Shown in pieces: positions 15,387 through 22,397 of a DNA stretch of 32,122 nt. Source of the stretch: Thermoanaerobaculia bacterium (lineage in GTDB: Bacteria > Acidobacteriota > Thermoanaerobaculia > UBA5066 > Gp7-AA6); assembly GCA_049273755.1 (NCBI GenBank), contig JBASRI010000159.1, forward strand, positions 1-32,122, read 5' to 3'. Below the pieces are notes generated by a model, which was not told the DNA's origin, did not search any database, and was given only the letters and a program-made list of their open reading frames with translations. The translations under genes were made by a program, and so were the position numbers. Within the stretch, counting starts at the first letter, position 1, and each line of letters begins with the position of its first letter.

Positions 15387-15761
15387 ATGCCTCCCACACG
15401 CGCGAACGGCAAGATCTGCTACCTCGAGATTCCCGCAATCGACGTTCGTCGCTCGGTCGAGTTCTACCAAAGAGTCTTTGGCTGGACGATCAGGCGCCGG
15501 GGCGACGGGTCAACGGCGTTCGACGACGGGGTCGGCGAAGTGAGCGGCACCTGGGTCACTGGCCGGCCGCCGTCGCGAGAAGCCGGTCTGCTGCTCTACA
15601 TCATGGTCGCCAATGTTGCAGCCACGATCGACACGGTCGTCGCGCACGGGGGCGAGCTCGTGCAGCCGATCGGCATGGACGCCCCCGAGGTGACCGCCAG
15701 GTTTCGCGACCCTGCTGGAAACATCATCGGTCTCTACCAGGAACCCGGCGACTCCGCGTAG
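15387..15761 (+). CDS. VOC-family (glyoxalase/bleomycin-resistance fold) protein (124 aa)
   Basis: ICYLEIPAIDVRRSVEFYQRVFGW ... ARFRDPAGNIIGLYQ. Confidence 0.75.
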   Translation: MPPTRANGKICYLEIPAIDVRRSVEFYQRVFGWTIRRRGDGSTAFDDGVGEVSGTWVTGRPPSREAGLLLYIMVANVAATIDTVVAHGGELVQPIGMDAPEVTARFRDPAGNIIGLYQEPGDSA

Positions 15762-15786
15762 GCTGCGGCGGAATCGTAAGAGTCTG

Positions 15787-16170
15787 TCAGTCCGTGAGCG
15801 AATGCAGGGCGACAATCGCCAGGACACCGACGGCTATCAATGTCGCCGCAGCGACGATGAGCGTCGCAAGGTGCGAACGCATGGCGGCGAGCGCCCGCCG
15901 CGCGGCCTGCCGCAGTTCAGCGTCATGGTTCCAGCTGCGCAGCAACGTGGCGCAGCCGATGACCAGCACGGCAAGCGGCAGAGCCATGAGCAGCACCCAG
16001 AGACCGACGCGCGGCCGCACCGCGTACCACGTAACGATGCGCTCGGCGGTGTGTGCCGGTTCGTATTCCGGGGGCTGCACGTTGCGCACGAAGAGCGCGG
16101 TCATGAAGAGAACGGCCGGGAGGATGAGCAGCAGTTCCGTGGCGGCGATGGTGCGCTTGATCATGTTCAT
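15787..16170 (-). CDS. Membrane protein, reverse-oriented (127 aa)
   Basis: MNMIKRTIAATELLLILPAVLFMTALF... with 4 TM helices. The 369-aa ORF-track extension upstream crosses attC and the antisense of a VOC gene and is rejected. Confidence 0.6.
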   Translation of the reverse strand: MNMIKRTIAATELLLILPAVLFMTALFVRNVQPPEYEPAHTAERIVTWYAVRPRVGLWVLLMALPLAVLVIGCATLLRSWNHDAELRQAARRALAAMRSHLATLIVAAATLIAVGVLAIVALHSLTD

Positions 16171-16177
16171 AATGTAC

Positions 16178-16207
16178 TTTATAGTATAAAGCTTGTGGTG
16201 GGCGCAA
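16178..16207 (-). promoter_or_regulatory. Candidate promoter in an AT-rich island with a 15-bp palindrome, upstream of 15787-16170
   Basis: On the - strand: TTGCGC, 18 nt, TATAAA, then 7 nt to the ATG (near-leaderless). Perfect palindrome CTTTATA-G-TATAAAG at 16177-16191 covers the -10. Confidence 0.3.
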
Positions 16208-16257
16208 GGGAAACCAAAGTGGACTGAACCTCCGAGGCTGCGCCTGCGGCGAAGGTC

Positions 16258-16336
16258 GTCTAACATGCCGTTGCAGCGGGCTCGCTCTCCGGGCGTCGCG
16301 CGTCGGCGCTCGCCACCGACTCGGCACGCGTTGGGC
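16258..16336 (+). repeat. attC site (79 bp, divergent: GTCTAAC...GTTGGGC)
   Basis: gtctaacatgccgttgcagcgggctcgctctccgggcgtcgcgcgtcggcgctcgccaccgactcggcacgcgttgggc. Confidence 0.7.
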
Positions 16337-16374
16337 GGCTGGAACCCAGCGCAGACTTCAGGGGACACGCGATC

Positions 16375-16839
16375 ATGAGCAATGTGAAACCGATCCCCGA
16401 CGGCGTCTCGGTCGTGATGCCGACGTTGGTCTGCCGCGACGCGTCGGCAGCAATTGACTTCTGCAAGGCCTCGTTTGGCGCCGTGGAGCTGGTGCGCCGA
16501 CCCGGTCCGGACGGGACCGTGGCACACGCGGCGCTGACGATCGGCGGGAGCATGATCATGATCGAAGGGGAGTGGCCGACCCTTTCGAGCCGTGCTCCGC
16601 AGCCGGACGGCAGCTCGCCGGTGGTGATCTACGTCTATGTCGACGACGTGGACACCGTGATGGAGCGGGCGGTGGCCGCCGGGGCGAAGGTTCTGATTCC
16701 GGCGAAGAATCAGTTCTGGGGCGACCGCACCGGGCGGATTCTCGATCCGTCGGGGCATGTCTGGACGGTCGCCACTCGCATCGAGGAGACTTCGTCCGCG
16801 GACCGGGAGGAACGATGGTCCAGCATCGTCAAGGGTTGA
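16375..16839 (+). CDS. VOC-family protein, PhnB-like (154 aa)
   Basis: VMPTLVCRDASAAIDFCKASFGA ... HAALTIGGSMIM ... FWGDRTGRILDPSGHVWTVA. Confidence 0.75.
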   Translation: MSNVKPIPDGVSVVMPTLVCRDASAAIDFCKASFGAVELVRRPGPDGTVAHAALTIGGSMIMIEGEWPTLSSRAPQPDGSSPVVIYVYVDDVDTVMERAVAAGAKVLIPAKNQFWGDRTGRILDPSGHVWTVATRIEETSSADREERWSSIVKG

Positions 16840-16852
16840 CGTGGCCGCCACG

Positions 16853-17380
16853 ATGACGGTATCTGTCTTTGTCGGCGCCAGCGTCGACGGCTTCATCGCG
16901 CGACCGAACGGCGATCTGGACTGGCTGCCGGCGGGCGGCGGCGAACCCCACGGCTACGACGAGTTCATAGCGAGCGTCGATGCGATAGTGATCGGTCGAA
17001 AGACCTTCGAGACGGTTCTGACCTTTGAGCCTTGGCCATATGGCGACAAGCGCGTCGTGGTCCTGAGCACTCGCCCCGTCGATTTGTCCGCAGTCGTCGG
17101 AGGCGTTGTGGAACAGATGGCCGGGCCTCCGGCAGAGATCGTTTCGCAACTCGCTGCCAGTGGCGCCCACCACCTCTACGTCGACGGTGGGATCACGATT
17201 CAAGGGTTCCTGCGCGCGGGGTTCATTCAGCGTCTCGTGATCACGCGTGTGCCTGTGCTCATCGGGGAAGGAGTTCCTCTCTTCGGCACACTACCGCGCG
17301 ACATCCGGCTCCGTCACGTGGCGACTCGGCACTATCCGAGCGGCTTGGTTCAGAGCGAGTACCATGTTGTCCTAGGCTGA
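16853..17380 (+). CDS. Dihydrofolate-reductase-family protein (RibD C-terminal domain type, 175 aa)
   Basis: VFVGASVDGFIARPNGDLDWL ... IVIGRKTFE ... LYVDGGITIQGFLRAGFIQRLVITRVPVLIGEGVPLF. Confidence 0.75.
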   Translation: MTVSVFVGASVDGFIARPNGDLDWLPAGGGEPHGYDEFIASVDAIVIGRKTFETVLTFEPWPYGDKRVVVLSTRPVDLSAVVGGVVEQMAGPPAEIVSQLAASGAHHLYVDGGITIQGFLRAGFIQRLVITRVPVLIGEGVPLFGTLPRDIRLRHVATRHYPSGLVQSEYHVVLG

Positions 17381-17393
17381 ATCTCGCGTCAGG

Positions 17394-18077
17394 TTGCGCT
17401 GCTGTCCAATGACCCTCCTCGCCAAACTCTCCGGGGATCATCGCTCGGCGGCATCAGGCGTTGCGCTGTGGCGCGTGATGGAGACTTCGGGAAAATCACT
17501 GGCGTGCATTTCGATCGGTGGGGGGCCGACACGGGCGCATCCTCGGCTCAAGAACCTCAACCTCGAGCTGTTGCCCAATGTCGACATCGTCGCCGATGCC
17601 CATCTGCTCCCGTTTCGTGGAGGCTCGCTCTCGGCCATACATTGCGAAGCGGTACTCGAGCACCTGGAATACCCAGACGTCGCCGTTGGCGAGATGTGGC
17701 GCGTTCTCGAACCGGGCGGGCAGATCTTTGCGGCGACCCCGTTTCTGCAGGCGTTCCACGGCTATCCCAGCCACTACCAGAACTTTACGCTCGTCGGTCA
17801 CCGTCGCCTGTTCGAGCGGGCCGGCTTCGAGGTGCTCGATGCGGGTGTTTGTGTGGGGCCGACGGTTGCGCTGACGGATCTTGCGTTCGAGTATCTGCGC
17901 GAGCTTGGTCCGGGCCCGGTCGTTCGCCGTTTTCTTGCGTGGGGAGTTCGGCTCCTGCTCTTCCCGCTACGGCTGGTAGACCGGCGCGCGAATAGACACC
18001 CGAACGCTCACACAGTCGCGTCGACGACCTTCGTGCACGGCCGAAAGTCCCTGGTTCACACTCAGGACGCAACCTAG
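17394..18077 (+). CDS. Class I SAM-dependent methyltransferase (Methyltransf_11-like, about 222-227 aa)
   Basis: ISIGGGP ... DIVADAHLLPFRGGSLSAIHCEAVLEHLEYP...V.EMWRVLEPGG. Start is TTG 17394 or ATG 17409. Confidence 0.65.
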   Translation: MRCCPMTLLAKLSGDHRSAASGVALWRVMETSGKSLACISIGGGPTRAHPRLKNLNLELLPNVDIVADAHLLPFRGGSLSAIHCEAVLEHLEYPDVAVGEMWRVLEPGGQIFAATPFLQAFHGYPSHYQNFTLVGHRRLFERAGFEVLDAGVCVGPTVALTDLAFEYLRELGPGPVVRRFLAWGVRLLLFPLRLVDRRANRHPNAHTVASTTFVHGRKSLVHTQDAT

Positions 18078-18090
18078 GCTGCGGAGAGCG

Positions 18091-18522
18091 ATGAGCCGCC
18101 TGAGCCGCAACGCATTCCTGGCCTTGATCCTTGTCCAGGCGGGTCACTCGATCGAGGAGTACTTCGGTCGGCTCTACGACGTTCTCGCCCCGGCTCGTTT
18201 TGTGACCGGTCTTCTCGCCAACGACCACCGCATTGGATTCGCCATCTTCAACATCTCGCTGGTGGCCTTCGGCCTGTGGTGCTATTTCGGTCCCGTTCGC
18301 CATGCAAGGCCGTCGGCGCTGGCGCTGGCATGGTTCTGGGTCGTGCTCGAGCTATTCAACGGCGCGGCTCACGTTGCTTGGGCGATGTCGGTGGGTGCCT
18401 ATCGGCCGGGTCTCGCTACGGCCCCGGTTCTCATGGCGATTGCGCTGATCCTGGCCTGGGACCTTCGGCATGTTCAGCCGCAAGCAGGGCAGCCGTCTAA
18501 CATGGGCGCCGCCGCCCGCTAG
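18091..18522 (+). CDS. HXXEE-domain membrane protein (143 aa)
   Basis: GHSIEEY motif near the N-terminus plus 4 TM helices. Confidence 0.65.
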   Translation: MSRLSRNAFLALILVQAGHSIEEYFGRLYDVLAPARFVTGLLANDHRIGFAIFNISLVAFGLWCYFGPVRHARPSALALAWFWVVLELFNGAAHVAWAMSVGAYRPGLATAPVLMAIALILAWDLRHVQPQAGQPSNMGAAAR

Positions 18523-18524
18523 AC
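18495..18524 (+). repeat. 30-bp mini attC-like remnant (gtctaac...gctagac)
   Basis: gtctaacatgggcgccgccgcccgctagac. The stop codon of the HXXEE gene lies in the R'-like box. Confidence 0.35.
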
Positions 18525-18558
18525 GGCCGGGCGCCGTCCGGCATAGGCTGACGAGTCC

Positions 18559-18915
18559 ATGAATCATCGCAGCCTCTTCCTGAATCTGACCTACCTTGGC
18601 CGCGTGAGATCCCTTCGGCGGGACTATCACGTCCTGGAGGGATCGGATCACTACGTGCTTCTTTCGCCGAGCGCTGCGGCCGGCGGAAACTACTCGGTTG
18701 TCACGAAGGCTACCGTCGCTTACTTGCTGAAGCGGGTTGGCGGCAAGCGATCGGTTACCTCCGCAGATGTCTGGGCGGCCTGTAAGCGGTCCAAACTGCT
18801 GTCCGACCGGTTTTCGGTGCTGCATGCGCTGTACGTCTTGGTTGCGATCCGAGCCGCCACGATCGTCAAGTACGGCAGCCCCCTCCGTTTCAATGTGCGA
18901 AAGAGGGCCGTCTAA
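18559..18915 (+). CDS. Hypothetical protein (118 aa)
   Basis: ATG ORF in the cassette orientation. Stop TAA lies in GTCTAAC. No family recognised. Confidence 0.5.
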   Translation: MNHRSLFLNLTYLGRVRSLRRDYHVLEGSDHYVLLSPSAAAGGNYSVVTKATVAYLLKRVGGKRSVTSADVWAACKRSKLLSDRFSVLHALYVLVAIRAATIVKYGSPLRFNVRKRAV

Positions 18916-18927
18916 CCCGCGTGTGGC
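18910..18927 (+). repeat. Truncated attC, left half only (gtctaacccgcgtgtggc)
   Basis: Matches the R'' box plus the start of the left arm of the taacccgcg subtype. No R' follows. Confidence 0.4.
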
Positions 18928-18932
18928 TGGAG

Positions 18933-18955
18933 CATGGCCGGTGGTGCCGGCCATG
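18933..18955 (+). terminator. Perfect 9-bp GC-rich hairpin (possible terminator)
   Basis: catggccgg-tggtg-ccggccatg followed by ttct. Located where the right half of an attC would be expected. Confidence 0.35.
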
Positions 18956-19009
18956 TTCTACGACAAGTCCAGGACCGTCTACTGCTCATCGGAAATTGGA
19001 GAGGTCCAG

Positions 19010-19294
19010 ATGACAACGCTGCGGATCGAACATCCTGTCCCGAACTTTGACGCGTGGAAGAAGGCCTTCGACAGTGATCCGATCCGTCGTGAAGCGTCGG
19101 GCGTGCGTCGCTACAGGGTCCTACGGCCGATCGACGACCCACACTTCGTTACGGTCGATCTCGAGTTCGACGGCTCGAGCGAGGCGGAGGCGTTTCGCGC
19201 CACGCTGCGCGACGTATGGCGTCGAGTCGAGGGCACGATCATGCAGAGTCCGCGAGCTCAGATTCTCGAGACGGTCGAGAGCAAGGAGTACTAG
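19010..19294 (+). CDS. Hypothetical small protein (94 aa)
   Basis: ggagagg RBS then ATG. MTTLRIEHPVPNFDAWKKAFDSDP... The ORF-track N-terminal extension from 18737 is rejected. Confidence 0.55.
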   Translation: MTTLRIEHPVPNFDAWKKAFDSDPIRREASGVRRYRVLRPIDDPHFVTVDLEFDGSSEAEAFRATLRDVWRRVEGTIMQSPRAQILETVESKEY

Positions 19295-19333
19295 TGGGTG
19301 GGCTCGGATGAGACCGTTCCTTCATTTCAACTC

Positions 19334-19675
19334 ATGGTGAAGGTGCGCGAGGTTCGCCGTCTGGCGCTCTCACTCCCTGAAGCCAGCGAGGAGGGTCATC
19401 ACGGCATACCTTCATTTCGCGTGGCGAAGAGGATCTTTGCCACGGTTCCCGACGACCAGCACCTTCACGTGATGGTTGGGCCCGACGAGACGGACATGGC
19501 GGTCAGCACCGCTCCTCATGCGGTTGAAGAACTTTGGTGGGGCAAGCGGTTGGCAGGTGTTCGTGTAAATCTGGCCGCCGCCAATCTCGACCTGCTCACC
19601 GTGTTGTTGAGCGAAGCATGGCGGCGAAAGGCGCCGCGTAGACTTGTAAGCCCTTTCAATTCATCCAACAAATGA
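19334..19675 (+). CDS. MmcQ/YjbR-family protein (113 aa)
   Basis: VREVRRLALSLPEASEE.HHGIPSFRV.KRIFATV pattern. Start is ATG 19334 or GTG 19298. Confidence 0.6.
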   Translation: MVKVREVRRLALSLPEASEEGHHGIPSFRVAKRIFATVPDDQHLHVMVGPDETDMAVSTAPHAVEELWWGKRLAGVRVNLAAANLDLLTVLLSEAWRRKAPRRLVSPFNSSNK

Positions 19676-20367
19676 ATGCAGGGAGTCTGGCAGCCGTGGT
19701 CGTGCTCGGAGGCGCGATGCTCACGCATCCGGCGCGCTTGCGAGCGCAGGAACGCGTCTCGTTTTCGACGGAGGACGGCGGACGCATCGTCGGCGACGTC
19801 TATGGCACCGGTAGCCACGGCGTCGTGCTCGCCCACGGCGGCCGGTTCAACAAGGAAAGTTGGTCAACGCAGGCTCGAGCGCTCGAAGCGGCAGGGTTTC
19901 GTGCCCTCGCCTTCGACTTTCGAGGGTACGGCAAGTCGCGGGGCCCGGGCGAGTCCGACCCCCTGAGTGCCCCGCTCCACTTCGACGTGCTCGCCGCCGT
20001 CCGGTATCTGCGTAGGACTGGCTCAGCCAGGGTGTCGATCGTCGGCGCAAGCTTGGGCGGAGGAGCGGCCGCCGACGCAGCCGTCCGAGCGGAGGCAGGC
20101 GAGATCGACCGCCTGGTGCTGCTGGGCAGCGACGCCGGCCGCTCCCCCGAGAAGCTCCCAGGGCCCAAGCTCTTCATCGTCAGCCGCGACGACCTGGGTT
20201 CGGGGGGTGTCCCGCGGTTGCCGAGGATTCGCGCCCAGTACGAGCTCACGCCGGATCCGAAGGAGCTGTTGATCCTGGAAGGCTCCGCCCACGCCCAGTT
20301 CATTTTCCAGACGGACCAGGGTGAGCGCGTGCAGGGCGAGATTCTCCGCTTCCTCACAAAGCCGTAG
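19672..20367 (+). CDS. Alpha/beta hydrolase, secreted (231 aa)
   Basis: HGVVLAHGG ... nucleophile elbow VGASLGG ... LEGSAHAQ. 4-nt overlap with the upstream gene. Confidence 0.75.
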   Translation: MNAGSLAAVVVLGGAMLTHPARLRAQERVSFSTEDGGRIVGDVYGTGSHGVVLAHGGRFNKESWSTQARALEAAGFRALAFDFRGYGKSRGPGESDPLSAPLHFDVLAAVRYLRRTGSARVSIVGASLGGGAAADAAVRAEAGEIDRLVLLGSDAGRSPEKLPGPKLFIVSRDDLGSGGVPRLPRIRAQYELTPDPKELLILEGSAHAQFIFQTDQGERVQGEILRFLTKP

Positions 20368-20376
20368 AGTGGTGCC

Positions 20377-21000
20377 GTGACTGGGCACTCGGCGAGCAAG
20401 CCGGGCGTGAACCCACCTCGGACCGTGATTCAGGCCCTGGCCAGGCGCGGGCTCCTGCTCAAACAGGACAAGCAGCTTCCCAGCGTCGTCGGGCTCGTGA
20501 CCGGAGAGTCGCTGCGGGTGTCGTGGTGGTCCCACCCGCAAGCCAGGCTGATTTTCAGCGTGCTGGTCGAGCTTGCGGACCACCCCGATGTCCAGTTCGC
20601 AAAGCTGATTTCCGGCAAGGATACGCTGGTGCATCGCCGGCTCTGGCCGGCGCTTCTCGCGGTCGGATCGTCGGGCGAGAGGTGGCAGAACGAGGGGCTG
20701 TCGGACGCTGGCCGCCGACTCTTTGCTTCGGTCGCACGGGAGGGCTCGGTCGAAGGCGAAGGCAAGCAGGCCAAGGACCTTGCGGTTCGTCTTCTTGCCG
20801 TGGCCTCAGAGCGCCACACGGAGTCTGGAAAGCACGTGCTTGTGCTCGAATCGTGGAAGTCCTGGGCAGCCAGGAAACGTATCAAGGCCCTGTCGTCGGT
20901 TAGCGAGGCCCGGCGTTTGCTGGAAGAGGCGACGGTGGCCTTGGGTGCTCCTCTCACATCCCTGCCGTGGGTAAGGCTCGAGACGCGGGCGCGGCGGTAA
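20377..21000 (+). CDS. Hypothetical protein (207 aa)
   Basis: GTG-start ORF, mixed composition. The antisense ORF is Arg/Ser-rich. No family recognised. Confidence 0.5.
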   Translation: MTGHSASKPGVNPPRTVIQALARRGLLLKQDKQLPSVVGLVTGESLRVSWWSHPQARLIFSVLVELADHPDVQFAKLISGKDTLVHRRLWPALLAVGSSGERWQNEGLSDAGRRLFASVAREGSVEGEGKQAKDLAVRLLAVASERHTESGKHVLVLESWKSWAARKRIKALSSVSEARRLLEEATVALGAPLTSLPWVRLETRARR

Positions 21001-21044
21001 AGTGGTAACTGTGGTGCTTGATGCCTCGAGCCCGGATACCTAGC

Positions 21045-21071
21045 GTGAACCCGCCGCGCCGCCCGTCGGGC
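21045..21071 (+). repeat. attC right-half-like remnant
   Basis: gtgaacccgccgcgccgcccgtcgggc, compared with the family right end gctgacccgccgcccgttaggc. Confidence 0.3.
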
Positions 21072-21076
21072 CGCAC

Positions 21077-21442
21077 GTGACCGCGACACGCCTCGTCGCC
21101 TGGACGTTCGTGTGGCTGGCGGGCTGGGCTCTCTTTTTCATCGACCCCGTGGCCCACTCGAGCATCGGCAGCCTGCTGCTGCTCGGCGCCGCGGCGTTGG
21201 TCATGATTTGGCCTCGGCAGAGCAAGGACAACGCATCGGCCCGCAGCGACGCGAAGGCCCTGCTCGCCCTGGTGCTCGTCTTTCTCCTCTCGGTCTTCAT
21301 GCTTCCGCCCTCGTATACATGGCAGTTTCCGAGGGATCCGCGATTGGTCTCCGGGCTGAAAGTCTTCGGCGTGCTCGTCGCTCTGTTCGGGATCGGCGTG
21401 AACGGCCGACGGTTCGCCCGCGGCGCCGCCGGCGCGGCCTGA
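21077..21442 (+). CDS. Membrane protein (121 aa)
   Basis: GTG start, 4 hydrophobic segments. Stop TGA lies within gcctgac. Confidence 0.5.
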   Translation: MTATRLVAWTFVWLAGWALFFIDPVAHSSIGSLLLLGAAALVMIWPRQSKDNASARSDAKALLALVLVFLLSVFMLPPSYTWQFPRDPRLVSGLKVFGVLVALFGIGVNGRRFARGAAGAA

Positions 21443-21448
21443 CATGCG
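21437..21448 (+). repeat. attC left-end-like remnant (gcctgacatgcg)
   Basis: Identical to the first 12 nt of the mini attC at 14423. Confidence 0.3.
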
Positions 21449-21471
21449 TCGCTGATTCGGAAGGGTCTCTC

Positions 21472-21867
21472 ATGACTCTCAAGGTTGAAGGCGTCTGTCC
21501 TCTCCTCATCGTGTTCGACATGCCTAGGTCGATCGCGTTCTATCGCGACGTGCTCGGTTTCGAGGTCGTCGCCGCGGCGGGCGACGACTGCGATTGGGCG
21601 CTGCTCAGACTCAATGACACCGAGCTGATGCTCAACACGGCGTACGAGAGGGACCAGCGGCCGCCAGCTCCGGATCCCGGTCGCATCGCCGCCCACATCG
21701 ACACGGCGCTCTATTTCGGCTGCCGGGACGTGGACGCGGCGTACGCGTACCTCCGCGGGAAGGGCCTGAACGTGCAGGCGCCCGTCATCCGAGACTACGG
21801 CATGAAGCAGCTTTATTTGACGGATCCGGACGGGTACAACCTGTGCTTCCAGTGGCGCGCGGCGTAG
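21472..21867 (+). CDS. VOC-family (glyoxalase fold) protein (131 aa)
   Basis: LLIVFDMPRSIAFYRDVLGFEVV ... LYLTDPDGYNLCFQ. Confidence 0.75.
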   Translation: MTLKVEGVCPLLIVFDMPRSIAFYRDVLGFEVVAAAGDDCDWALLRLNDTELMLNTAYERDQRPPAPDPGRIAAHIDTALYFGCRDVDAAYAYLRGKGLNVQAPVIRDYGMKQLYLTDPDGYNLCFQWRAA

Positions 21868-21937
21868 GGGTTGAGCGCGTGGACGACCCGGTTGACCGTG
21901 CCGCACGTGCGGGCCACTCGTCCCGCCGCGCGATCGC

Positions 21938-22324
21938 ATGACGGCGCTCGCGCTCGCCGTCGGTCTTCTTGTCGCCGGGATCGGCCTGGTCGGCGTCGTG
22001 GCGCCGCAGGGTCTCCAGGCCATCGCCCAGCATGTCGACACGCCTCTCGGGATCTACGTCGCGGCGGCTGTCCGAGTGGCTTTCGGCCTCATCCTGGTCC
22101 GGGCGGCGCCCGCCTCGCGTTCACCGGGGGTCCTGCGGGTCGCCGGCGTCGTCGCAATCGTCGCGGGGCTTTCGACGCCCTTCGTCGGCGTGGACCGCGC
22201 GAGAGCGATCCTGGACTGGTGGTCCCGTCAGGGGCCCGTGCTCATGCGGCTGGGGCCCGCACTGGCGTTGGCCGTCGGAGGCTTCATCACGTATGCGGTC
22301 CGAAGCGGCCGCGGCGAGGCCTAG
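21938..22324 (+). CDS. Membrane protein (128 aa)
   Basis: 4 hydrophobic helices. Preferred over the overlapping N-terminal extension of ORF 21969-23558. Confidence 0.5.
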   Translation: MTALALAVGLLVAGIGLVGVVAPQGLQAIAQHVDTPLGIYVAAAVRVAFGLILVRAAPASRSPGVLRVAGVVAIVAGLSTPFVGVDRARAILDWWSRQGPVLMRLGPALALAVGGFITYAVRSGRGEA

Positions 22325-22397
22325 CACGACTTGCCGCCTCGCCTCGGGGGTTATCCCGACGAGTCGGGCGCCGCGTCCGTATCCCCTGAGAGGAACG

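Larger units (their letters stand above)
1..16336 (+). mobile_element. Integron gene-cassette array (at least 16 attC-bounded cassettes, co-oriented). intI and attI are not in the window and are expected 5' of position 1
   Basis: 16 copies of a 64-79 bp element starting GCCTAAC/GTCTAAC (RYYYAAC) and ending GTTAGGC/GTTGGGC/GTTCGGC (GTTRRRY-like). Each sits just 3' of a short unrelated ORF. Copies share inner arms gcagcgg...ccgctgac. Confidence 0.85.
16337..21450 (+). other. Probable eroded distal part of the cassette array (co-oriented small genes with only mini or half attC remnants)
   Basis: attC-like fragments at 18495-18524, 18910-18927, 21045-21071 and 21437-21448. Same kind of cargo as the intact array. 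Confidence 0.4.

Noticed and set aside
496-16336. CRISPR array interpretation of the regularly recurring repeat
   Set aside because: The repeats are 64-79 bp and imperfect. The spacing is 300-1560 bp and irregular, and the intervening segments are protein-coding with RBSs. No cas genes are present.
496-16336. REP/BIME-type intergenic palindromes or plain terminators as the explanation for the repeats
   Set aside because: The RYYYAAC/GTTRRRY termini, the bulged-base arms, one copy per gene 3' end, the strict co-orientation and the cassette-type cargo all fit attC better. This still needs the covariance-model check listed in the findings.
16171-16896. N-terminal 240 codons of the 369-aa - strand ORF 15787-16896
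   Set aside because: This part crosses an intact attC and is antisense to a well-supported VOC gene. Only the last 127 codons (15787-16170), with TM helices and an upstream AT-rich promoter-like region, are credible.
21969-22397. N-terminal extension giving a 529-aa version of the radical SAM ORF
   Set aside because: The extension is Ser/Arg/Pro-rich and overlaps a plausible 4-TM gene in another frame. The ATG at 22398 has an aggaa/gagg-type RBS and gives a normal-length radical SAM protein.
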